Shown here one piece after another: positions 7,861-15,925 of a stretch of DNA of 29,047 nt; position 1 is the stretch's first letter; every line of letters begins with the position of its first letter. Both the position numbers and the translations under genes were made by a program. The DNA lies in IMG/VR virus record IMGVR_UViG_3300042563_002400, positions 1-29,047 of that record; one strand, given 5' to 3'. The DNA is from a virus. Its lineage: Duplodnaviria > Caudoviricetes. The notes beneath the pieces are model-generated. The model did not search any database and was not told where the DNA came from. It worked only from the letters and a program-made list of their open reading frames with translations.

Positions 7861-10800
7861 ATGGCAACAAACAGTAAAGTATTCGTATCTCCTGGGGTAT
7901 ATACATCCGAAGTTGATTTGAGTTTCGTAGCACAGAGTGTGGGTGTTACCACATTAGGTATCGTTGGTGAGACCCTAAAAGGGCCGGCATTTGAACCTAT
8001 CTTTATACGTAACTTTGATGAATTCTCAACTTATTTCGGAGGAACTTCCCCTGAAAAGTTTATAAATACACAAATACCGAAGTATGAAGCTTCGTATATC
8101 GCAAAAGCATATCTACAACAATCTAATCAATTGTTTGTAAGTAGAGTTTTGGGATTGTCAGGATATGACGCAGGTCCGTCTTGGTCTATAAAAACGGTGG
8201 CAAACGTTGATAAATCAACAGTAGATTTTTACTGTATAAGTTCAACAGTTGTTGATTGTGTCGCAGAATGTGACGCATTTAAAGAAGTATCATTTACCAT
8301 ACCTTTTTCAGGTTGTGATAATAGTATCGATACTATTGTTTTTGGTAGTATAACCGGAGATGAATCAATTATATCTGATAAATTTTTATTATCGTATGAA
8401 AATTTTGATGGTACAACGTCAACACTTAGTACTGATATTAAACAACAGATTTACAATGTAATCTTATCATCAACAACTTTATCAACATCCGCAACATCAG
8501 TTAACATTTACGGACCAATACCTTCTTCTAATTATAGTGCATTACAAACATTAGGGTTTACTGGTGTTACAAACGTATTTAATGTGAATAGCGTTGATTC
8601 AAGTGTTTGTGATTATACATCACCTGATACAGATGTTTGGTATTATTCAATGTTTGATAATAATGGTAACTTTAATTATAGTGGTAGTTCATTCTTCACT
8701 GTTATTGATAATTTAGAACAAACAAGTACATCGTCTAACTGTGCTAGTTTTAATAGTTTTAGTGTTAGTGGAAACGGTGCAAGTATTGATTACAATACAC
8801 AAACAATAAATGTTTATTTACCACTAGGGACTGATTTATCAAATATTATTGCTGATTTCAGTGCTTGTACAAGTAGTGTTGTTATTAATTGTATCGACCA
8901 AGATAGTGGTGTAACGTCTAATGATTTTTCTGCAACAGGTTGTTTAGAATATCAATTAGTATCTGAAGATTTAACAGTTTCTACATTATGGAATGTTTGT
9001 ATGATTTTAGTAGACCCTTGTAACCCTGCAACAACAGGACATACAGGTTCTCAATCTATTGGTAATATTAAAACTTGTTACTCAGGTAATGTAACCGGAA
9101 CGATTTATGTGTATACAGGTACATCATATACTGATTTTGATGACGTAGTTATTACAACTTTACGTTCAAGAGGTATTTCAACTTATAGTACATCATCTGA
9201 TGGACCAACGTATCAAGTAAATGATGTTGCAAATGTAACATTAAATTGTACAGGTAACTATTCAACTGTTAAAACTAACCCATATTCTGAATTTGGTATT
9301 AACATAACAGATAAAGATGGTAATACTTTCTTCTTTGAAACTTCTCTTAGTGAGTCAGATTCAAAAAATGTTAGTAAAGTATTTGGAACGTCTAACTTTG
9401 GTAAACCAAGAACAACTGTTCCATTATTTGTTGAAGAACATTTCCAAACATTATTAAATTATTCATATAATAAAGGTTATATTAGAGGTTTAAATTGTGA
9501 TTTAACCGCTTTACCAAGAGCTAAAGATGAAAGTTTTGATACTATTGCGTTTTATTTAGAACAATATCAAACACCGGTATCACCTTGGGTTGTATCTGAA
9601 TTAAGAGGTAATAAAGTTTACAACTTATTTAGATTTACAACAATATCTGATGGTGGTGCAGCAAATACTGAAGTTAAAATATCTTTAGTTAATATGTCAT
9701 TCAGTAATCAAACATTTGATGTTTTAGTTAGAGATTTCTTTGATAATGATGCTAATCCGGTAGTTTTAGAAAAATTCACAAATTGTACTATGAACCCAAA
9801 TAATGCTTCATTTATTGCTCAAAAAATTGGTACTACTGATGGTGAATATGAATTAAATTCAAAATACATTATGGTGGAAATGAATGAAGATTCACCAATA
9901 GACGCTATTCCTTGTGGTTTCCACGGGTTTAAATATAGACAATATGGTTCGTCTCAATCACCATTCCCTATTTATAAAACTAAATACGATTTTCCGGGTG
10001 AAGTAGTATTTGACCCACCATTTGGTAACGCAGAAGGTTCTAATGTAACTCAATTAAGTCCTGGTGATAATGTTCGTAGAACTTATTTAGGTATTTCTAC
10101 AGGATATGGTGCAGGGTATGATGTTGACTTCTTTGGATATAAAGGTAAACAACGTCCATTAAATTTATGTACTGAAAGTGATTACGCTGATTGGGGTGTT
10201 CAAACAAGAGGTTTCCATATGGATATCAATGCGGCATCAATCGTTTATCCGGGAACAAACAACCCTGAATTCTATGTTGGTTCAGCACCATTTGTTACTG
10301 ACCCTGATAGTGCGTCTAATCCTTATTATAACATTTATGCTCGTAAATTCTCATTATTAGTACAAGGTGGTTTTGATGGTTGGGATATCTATAGAGAATC
10401 AAGAACTAACACTGATAATTTCAGAATAGGTCAATCTCAATTCCAAAAAGGTTCTTGTCCTACTTTCAGATACCCATCTGCTACAGGTTGGGGAGCGTTT
10501 AGACAAATCACTGTTGGAAATAATACTGAAGATTATGCAAATTCTGATTATTACGCTTATTTATTAGGTCAACAAACATTTTCAAACCCTGAGGCAGTAA
10601 ATATTAATTTATTTGTAACACCGGGTATTGACGCTGTTAACCACGGTGACTTAGTTGGTAGTGCAATTGAGATGATTGAATTTAACAGAGCGGATTCGTT
10701 ATATATTTGTACAACACCTGATTATCAGATGTTTGTACCTTCAACAACTAACCCATCTGATTTAATTTACCCTCAAGAGGCGGTAGATAGTTTAGTTAAT

Positions 10801-11427
10801 ATAGATTCTAACTATACAGCAACTTATTACCCTTGGATATTGGTTAGAGATAGTGTAAACAACACACAAATCTATTTACCACCAACAGGTGAAGTTGTTA
10901 AAAACTTGGCATTAACCGATAACATTGCGTTCCCTTGGTTCGCGGCGGCAGGTTACACAAGAGGTATTGTAAACGCAATCAAAGCGAGAAAGAAACTTAC
11001 TCAAGAAGATAGAGATGTTCTTTACCAAGGACGTGTTAATCCAATTGCAACTTTCTCTGATGTTGGAACGGTAATTTGGGGTAACAAAACTCTACAAGTT
11101 GCTCAATCAGCTCTTGATAGAATTAATGTTAGAAGATTATTACTTCAAGCTCGTAAATTGATTTCTGCGGTATCTGTAAGATTACTGTTTGAACAAAACG
11201 ACCAAAAAGTAAGACAAGACTTCTTAAATGCTGTTAACCCTATCTTAGACGCAATCAGAAGAGACAGAGGTTTATATGATTTCCGTGTAACAGTTTCGTC
11301 AGACGCTGCTGATTTAGATAGAAATCAAATGACTGGTAAGATTTATATCAAACCAACCAAATCGTTAGAATTTATAGACATTACGTTCTATATTACTCCG
11401 ACAGGAGCTTCTTTCGAGAATATATAA
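7861..11427 (+). CDS. Contractile tail sheath protein (T4 gp18-like) with large insertion
   Basis: N-terminal FVSPGVYTSEVDLS...GETLKGPAFEP. C-terminal YTATYYPW, PWFAAAGYTRG, LYQGRVNPI, IWGNKTL, DRINVRRLL, IKPTKSLEFIDITF. Confidence 0.97.
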   Translation: MATNSKVFVSPGVYTSEVDLSFVAQSVGVTTLGIVGETLKGPAFEPIFIRNFDEFSTYFGGTSPEKFINTQIPKYEASYIAKAYLQQSNQLFVSRVLGLSGYDAGPSWSIKTVANVDKSTVDFYCISSTVVDCVAECDAFKEVSFTIPFSGCDNSIDTIVFGSITGDESIISDKFLLSYENFDGTTSTLSTDIKQQIYNVILSSTTLSTSATSVNIYGPIPSSNYSALQTLGFTGVTNVFNVNSVDSSVCDYTSPDTDVWYYSMFDNNGNFNYSGSSFFTVIDNLEQTSTSSNCASFNSFSVSGNGASIDYNTQTINVYLPLGTDLSNIIADFSACTSSVVINCIDQDSGVTSNDFSATGCLEYQLVSEDLTVSTLWNVCMILVDPCNPATTGHTGSQSIGNIKTCYSGNVTGTIYVYTGTSYTDFDDVVITTLRSRGISTYSTSSDGPTYQVNDVANVTLNCTGNYSTVKTNPYSEFGINITDKDGNTFFFETSLSESDSKNVSKVFGTSNFGKPRTTVPLFVEEHFQTLLNYSYNKGYIRGLNCDLTALPRAKDESFDTIAFYLEQYQTPVSPWVVSELRGNKVYNLFRFTTISDGGAANTEVKISLVNMSFSNQTFDVLVRDFFDNDANPVVLEKFTNCTMNPNNASFIAQKIGTTDGEYELNSKYIMVEMNEDSPIDAIPCGFHGFKYRQYGSSQSPFPIYKTKYDFPGEVVFDPPFGNAEGSNVTQLSPGDNVRRTYLGISTGYGAGYDVDFFGYKGKQRPLNLCTESDYADWGVQTRGFHMDINAASIVYPGTNNPEFYVGSAPFVTDPDSASNPYYNIYARKFSLLVQGGFDGWDIYRESRTNTDNFRIGQSQFQKGSCPTFRYPSATGWGAFRQITVGNNTEDYANSDYYAYLLGQQTFSNPEAVNINLFVTPGIDAVNHGDLVGSAIEMIEFNRADSLYICTTPDYQMFVPSTTNPSDLIYPQEAVDSLVNIDSNYTATYYPWILVRDSVNNTQIYLPPTGEVVKNLALTDNIAFPWFAAAGYTRGIVNAIKARKKLTQEDRDVLYQGRVNPIATFSDVGTVIWGNKTLQVAQSALDRINVRRLLLQARKLISAVSVRLLFEQNDQKVRQDFLNAVNPILDAIRRDRGLYDFRVTVSSDAADLDRNQMTGKIYIKPTKSLEFIDITFYITPTGASFENI

Positions 11428-11433
11428 TAATAA

Positions 11434-11466
11434 AATTATGACCCATTGTAATAGTGGGTCATAATT
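11434..11466. other. 12-bp inverted repeat (RNA hairpin) after the sheath gene
   Basis: AATTATGACCCA (11434-11445) / TGGGTCATAATT (11455-11466). No clear U tract follows. Confidence 0.7.
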
Positions 11467-11484
11467 AAGCCTTAATTTAAAATT

Positions 11485-12303
11485 ATGTTAAAAAATAAAA
11501 TTGTAGAAGGTATCGATGAGTTTGGTGCTCCGGATGAAAAGTACTACGCTTTTGATTGGGATGATAATATTGTTTCAATGCCGACAAAGATAATGTTAAA
11601 AGACGAAGATGGTGATGAAGTAGGAATGTCTACAGAAGATTTCGCAACTTATAGAGAAGAGATTGGAAAAGAACCTTTTGAATTTGATGGACACGAGATT
11701 GTTGGGTTTGCCAATGACCCTTTTAGATATTTTGGGGTTAAAGGTGATAAACAATTTATAGTAGATGCTATGACTGCAAAACCGGGACCTGCTTGGTCAG
11801 ATTTTGTCGAGGCGATTAATAACGGTTCAATATTTTCAATTGTAACGGCAAGAGGACATACTCCTTCAGTGTTAAAAGAGGCTTGTTACAATTATATAGT
11901 TTCAAATCTTAACGGAATTGATTCAAATGAATTAGTTAAAAATTTAGAAAAATATAGAGATTTAGCGGATGAAGATAATATTTCTAAAAGAGAAATGATT
12001 AGAGAATATTTAGATTTATGTAAATTTTATCCTGTAAGTTATGGTGAAGGTTCCGCCACAAATCCTGAAGAAGGTAAAATTAAAGCTTTAAAAGAATTTG
12101 TTAATTATGTTAAGGCTATGTCTCAACACATACAAAAGAAAGCTTTCTTTAAAAATAAAATAAACAATTATTTTGTCCCTAAGGTAGGTTTTTCAGATGA
12201 CGATTTAAAAAATGTGGATGTTGTGAAAAAACATTTTGAGAAAGACCCAGAGAATATTATTAAAACATATTCAACAGCAGGAGGAATTAAAAAAGAATAT
12301 TAA
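11485..12303 (+). CDS. HAD-superfamily phosphatase/nucleotidase-like protein
   Basis: Motif I YAFDWDDNI, motif II IVTARG, a candidate motif III Lys in EGKIKA, and motif IV GFSDDD. Confidence 0.75.
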   Translation: MLKNKIVEGIDEFGAPDEKYYAFDWDDNIVSMPTKIMLKDEDGDEVGMSTEDFATYREEIGKEPFEFDGHEIVGFANDPFRYFGVKGDKQFIVDAMTAKPGPAWSDFVEAINNGSIFSIVTARGHTPSVLKEACYNYIVSNLNGIDSNELVKNLEKYRDLADEDNISKREMIREYLDLCKFYPVSYGEGSATNPEEGKIKALKEFVNYVKAMSQHIQKKAFFKNKINNYFVPKVGFSDDDLKNVDVVKKHFEKDPENIIKTYSTAGGIKKEY

Positions 12304-12382
12304 ATTAATTATTATATATAAAAATATTTAATAAATAAAAACTAGTTAATAAAATATTAATATAAAAACTAGGATTTCTAGA

Positions 12383-12411
12383 ATGATATAAAATTTAATT
12401 CTAAAAGTCAA
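12383..12411 (-). promoter_or_regulatory. Sigma70-like promoter oriented antisense to the HAD/sheath genes
   Basis: Minus strand TTGACT (12411-12406), 17-nt spacer, TATCAT (12388-12383). Confidence 0.45.
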
Positions 12412-12483
12412 GAGAAAAAAATTAAATAGACTATATTTATAATAAACAAGATAAAAAAATAAAATTTAAAAACAAATAGAAAA

Positions 12484-12972
12484 ATGGCTGATTTATTAAT
12501 GAAAATGCCCATACCGTATGAACCAAAAAGACAAAATAGGTTTATTGTACGATTCCCTTCATCTTTAGGGATTAACGAATGGTTTGTAGAATCTGCAGCC
12601 AGACCACATATTACTATAACTCCGGTAGCGATACCTTTCTTAAATACTGAGACATATGTTGCGGGACGTTTTGTTTGGGGAACAATCAATGTTAAATTCC
12701 GTGACCCAATTGGTCCATCAGCTTCTCAAGCACTTATGGAATGGGTTCGTTTATGTGCTGAATCTGTTACAGGTCGTATGGGATATGCTGCGGGGTACAA
12801 GAAAAACATTGACTTAGAGATGTTAGACCCAACAGGTGTTGTTGTTGAAAAATGGATTTTAGAAGGTTCTTTTTTAAGTGATGTTAACTTTGATTCATTA
12901 TCTTATAGTCAAGACGCTTTAGCGAGTATCACGGCAACTATTCGTATGGATAGATGTATTTTAGTATACTAA
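12484..12972 (+). CDS. Tail tube protein (T4 gp19-like)
   Basis: YEPKRQNRF, AGRFVWGTINVKFRDPI, YKKNIDLEMLDPTGVVVEKWILEG, ITATIRMDRC. 162 aa, downstream of the sheath. Confidence 0.92.
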   Translation: MADLLMKMPIPYEPKRQNRFIVRFPSSLGINEWFVESAARPHITITPVAIPFLNTETYVAGRFVWGTINVKFRDPIGPSASQALMEWVRLCAESVTGRMGYAAGYKKNIDLEMLDPTGVVVEKWILEGSFLSDVNFDSLSYSQDALASITATIRMDRCILVY

Positions 12973-12994
12973 TTCAATTTAAAATATATAAATT

Positions 12995-13018
12995 AATCCC
13001 ACATTAGTGGGATTTTTT
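12995..13018 (+). terminator. Intrinsic terminator after the tube gene
   Basis: AATCCCAC-ATTA-GTGGGATT followed by TTTT. Confidence 0.75.
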
Positions 13019-13078
13019 ATTTATAATACTTTATATAAAATTTTAACTTACTATTATTTATAATAAAAACAAAATTAT

Positions 13079-13834
13079 ATGGAACAAGATGCTATAAATG
13101 CAGGAACCGAGAATTTCAATTTACCTCACGATGTGGTACAATTACCGTCGGGTGGTATTTTTTACAAATCAAAAAAGAAATCGGTTAAAGTAGGTTATTT
13201 GACGGCAACAGATGAAAACGCTTTAATGGCCGGTAGAGGAACTAATGACAATATCATTATGTCCTTATTAAGAAATAAATTATATGAACACGATTTAAGA
13301 CCTGAAGAGTTAATTGACGGAGATGTTGAAGCTATTCTTATATTTTTAAGAAATACTTCGTTTGGGCCGGAATATAATGTAACGTTAACTGACCCAAAAA
13401 CAGATAAGACTTTTTCACATTCAGTAATTCTTGATGAGTTAAATATTAAAAAAACAGAGTTTAAACCGGATGAAAATGGGTTATTTACAACTGTGTTACC
13501 AAAATCAGGAGTAACTGTTAAATTAAGACCATTAACATATGCTGACACTATGGAAATAAGTTCTATTGTTGATACTTATCCGGTAGGTAGAACTGCACCA
13601 CTAATTACTCTTAGATTAATGAAACATATAGTGGAGGTTAATGGTGATACCGATAAATCAAATATTGCTATATTTGTAAATAATTTACCAATTATGGATT
13701 CAAAATATATCCGTAATTTTGTTAGAGATAATCAACCTTCGTTAGAATTAACGAGAGCCGCAATCACCCCATCAGGAGAAAAGATATCATTTGAGATAGC
13801 GTTTGGGGTGGAGTTTTTTCGGCCTTTCTTCTAA
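13079..13834 (+). CDS. Baseplate hub / tail assembly chaperone (T4 gp26-like)
   Basis: VVQLPSGGIFY, YLTATDENAL, GDVEAILIFLRNTSFGPEY, LPKSGVTVKLRPLT and C-terminal GVEFFRP. Located between tube and tape measure. Confidence 0.75.
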   Translation: MEQDAINAGTENFNLPHDVVQLPSGGIFYKSKKKSVKVGYLTATDENALMAGRGTNDNIIMSLLRNKLYEHDLRPEELIDGDVEAILIFLRNTSFGPEYNVTLTDPKTDKTFSHSVILDELNIKKTEFKPDENGLFTTVLPKSGVTVKLRPLTYADTMEISSIVDTYPVGRTAPLITLRLMKHIVEVNGDTDKSNIAIFVNNLPIMDSKYIRNFVRDNQPSLELTRAAITPSGEKISFEIAFGVEFFRPFF

Positions 13835-13976
13835 TCACCAACAACTTTTAATTGAAGAATACTATTTTCTGGCTAAATTTATTAGAACTTCATATACTGA
13901 ATTCTTTCAAATACCAACATATGTTAGAAAATACCTTATAGATAGGATAATTGAAGATAATACACCAAAGACGTAA
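13803..13976 (+). CDS. gp51-like chaperone C-terminal module, ATG-less; probable +1 frameshift extension of 13079..13834
   Basis: The +1 frame is open from 13800 to 13976: (RLGWS)FFGLSSNHQQLLIEEYYFLAKFIRTSYTEFFQIPTYVRKYLIDRIIEDNTPKT*. It has no ATG, and the only start-like codon is TTG at 13803. It fills the gap before the tape measure gene. Confidence 0.75.
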   Translation: MGWSFFGLSSNHQQLLIEEYYFLAKFIRTSYTEFFQIPTYVRKYLIDRIIEDNTPKT

Positions 13977-14021
13977 TTTAAAACTACTCTTTGGTGTATT
14001 TATGTATAAAACACATTTGTT

Positions 14022-15893
14022 ATGGGTGATGAAGATAAAGGTGGAATAATGGATTCAATGGGTAAAGTAGGGGCTGAATTTGGAAAGTCTTTTACTGATA
14101 ATTTTAACCCTGAAATTATTTTACAGACATTAAAGGATGTCGATAAAGGAGCTGCTGAAGTCTTAGGTACTTTTGGTGCCAGTAGAGAGGCTATTGCTGC
14201 TATTAGACAAAATATTGCAAATGCAATCCCTGATGTAACCGCATTGGGTGGAGAATTTAATGATATTGTTCAAATACAAAAACAAGTTTCTGAGACTTTA
14301 GGAAAAAATCTTGTATTATCGACTGATGCTTTTAAGGATATGTATGCGGCGTCAAAAGCTTCGGGACAAGAAGTTGGGCAAATAACTCAATCATTTAAAG
14401 ATGTTGGGATATCAGTATATGACTCAACTAAACAAATGGAAGGTGTTGTTAATATTGCAAGAGCGTCCGGTGTTAATGCAAGTGCGGTGTCAAGTCAAGT
14501 GTTATCTAATATGGAGGCACTTAACAAATATAACTTTGAGGGTGGTGTACAAGGGTTAGCGAAAATGGCAGCCCAAGCAACAAGTTTAAGAATTAATATG
14601 GCGGACTCGTTGGCTTTTGCTGAAAAAGTTTTTGACCCTGAAGGTGCTATTAATATGGCCGCGGCAATGCAAAGATTGGGTGTTGCTCAAGGAGATTTAC
14701 TTGACCCTTTAAGAATGATGGACTTAGCTCAAAATGACCCTGGTGAGTTACAGAATCAAATTGCCAAAATGTCACAACAATTTGTTCAATTGAAGAAAGA
14801 CGGAACCGGTTTTGAAATTATGCCGGGTGCTAAACGTCAAATGAGGGAGATTGAAAAAGAAATGGGATTACCATTAGGTCAATTATCTAAAATGGCGTTA
14901 GCAAGTGCGGACTTAGATGATAAAATGAAAAAAATCAAGTTCCCTGCAGCCACTGAAGAACAAAAGACTATGATTGCCAATATGGCGGAAATGAAAGGTG
15001 GTCAATATGTTGTTAATTTTACAGATAAAGAGGGTAATGTTAAAGAAAAGGCGGTATCTGAATTAAGTCCTGATGATATTAAACAGTTAGCTGAAGCCTC
15101 AAAACCAAAAAGTATGGAAGACTTGGCTAAGGGTCAATTAGATACTTTAACAAGAATTCAAAAAATATTAGAATCACAAGGAAGAAGACTACCTTCCGCA
15201 ATTGCTGCTAGTAAAGGTGGTAAGGCGGTTACTGAGGCACCAAGAGAAATCGTTGAGGCGTTAGAGACAACAACAAAAGGTGTTACATCTAAAGGGTTAC
15301 AACAAGGGTTAGATAAAACTACAGATATTGCTTTTGATGTTTTAAATAAATTTGCTCAAGGAACAGGGACTATGGCCGATGTATCTACGGCATTTTCTAA
15401 AATTAGTGAAAACACTAAAACCGCCTTTGGGGAAAGTTGGTCAGAAGCTATGAAAAATGGGACAACGGCAACACATAAGTTAGGGGAATCCCAAAATGGT
15501 ATTATTCAATTATTAAATACCGGTATTGGTACTTTAAAAAATAGTATTGCAGGAACAACTTCGGGTAATGCTGTTGGTTCTGCAACTCAAAAAGTTAAAG
15601 TTAAGGATTTTATTATCGAATCCTTACCTGAAGATAAAATAATTATGGCCGGAGGAACTAACTTAGATGGTAGTAAATCAGGTGGTGGTAGAGGTAATTC
15701 GGAACCTACAGTAATTAAACTTGACTTTAGTGTTGATGTAAAAGGTGGTAACATTACTGAACATCAATTTATGGAAGTATTAAATAAAACAGGGATTAAG
15801 GAATCCTTAACAAAAACTGTTACAATGGAATTAAATAAAAATTCACCGGAATCAAGTCCTCAAAAAATAATGAACAATAACTTTAAAAAATAA
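14022..15893 (+). CDS. Tape measure protein (623 aa)
   Basis: Ala/Gln/Met/Lys-rich predicted helical sequence (GLAKMAAQATSLRINM, AINMAAAMQRLG). Canonical position after tube and chaperones. Confidence 0.75.
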   Translation: MGDEDKGGIMDSMGKVGAEFGKSFTDNFNPEIILQTLKDVDKGAAEVLGTFGASREAIAAIRQNIANAIPDVTALGGEFNDIVQIQKQVSETLGKNLVLSTDAFKDMYAASKASGQEVGQITQSFKDVGISVYDSTKQMEGVVNIARASGVNASAVSSQVLSNMEALNKYNFEGGVQGLAKMAAQATSLRINMADSLAFAEKVFDPEGAINMAAAMQRLGVAQGDLLDPLRMMDLAQNDPGELQNQIAKMSQQFVQLKKDGTGFEIMPGAKRQMREIEKEMGLPLGQLSKMALASADLDDKMKKIKFPAATEEQKTMIANMAEMKGGQYVVNFTDKEGNVKEKAVSELSPDDIKQLAEASKPKSMEDLAKGQLDTLTRIQKILESQGRRLPSAIAASKGGKAVTEAPREIVEALETTTKGVTSKGLQQGLDKTTDIAFDVLNKFAQGTGTMADVSTAFSKISENTKTAFGESWSEAMKNGTTATHKLGESQNGIIQLLNTGIGTLKNSIAGTTSGNAVGSATQKVKVKDFIIESLPEDKIIMAGGTNLDGSKSGGGRGNSEPTVIKLDFSVDVKGGNITEHQFMEVLNKTGIKESLTKTVTMELNKNSPESSPQKIMNNNFKK

Positions 15894-15925
15894 GTGATAA
15901 TCTATTTATTATAAAAGAATAAAAT

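Noticed and set aside
7861-11427. Intein or intron explaining the oversized sheath and hub genes
   Set aside because: I saw no C-terminal HN-(C/S/T) splice junction paired with LAGLIDADG blocks, and no frame interruptions. The extra length looks like structural domain insertion.
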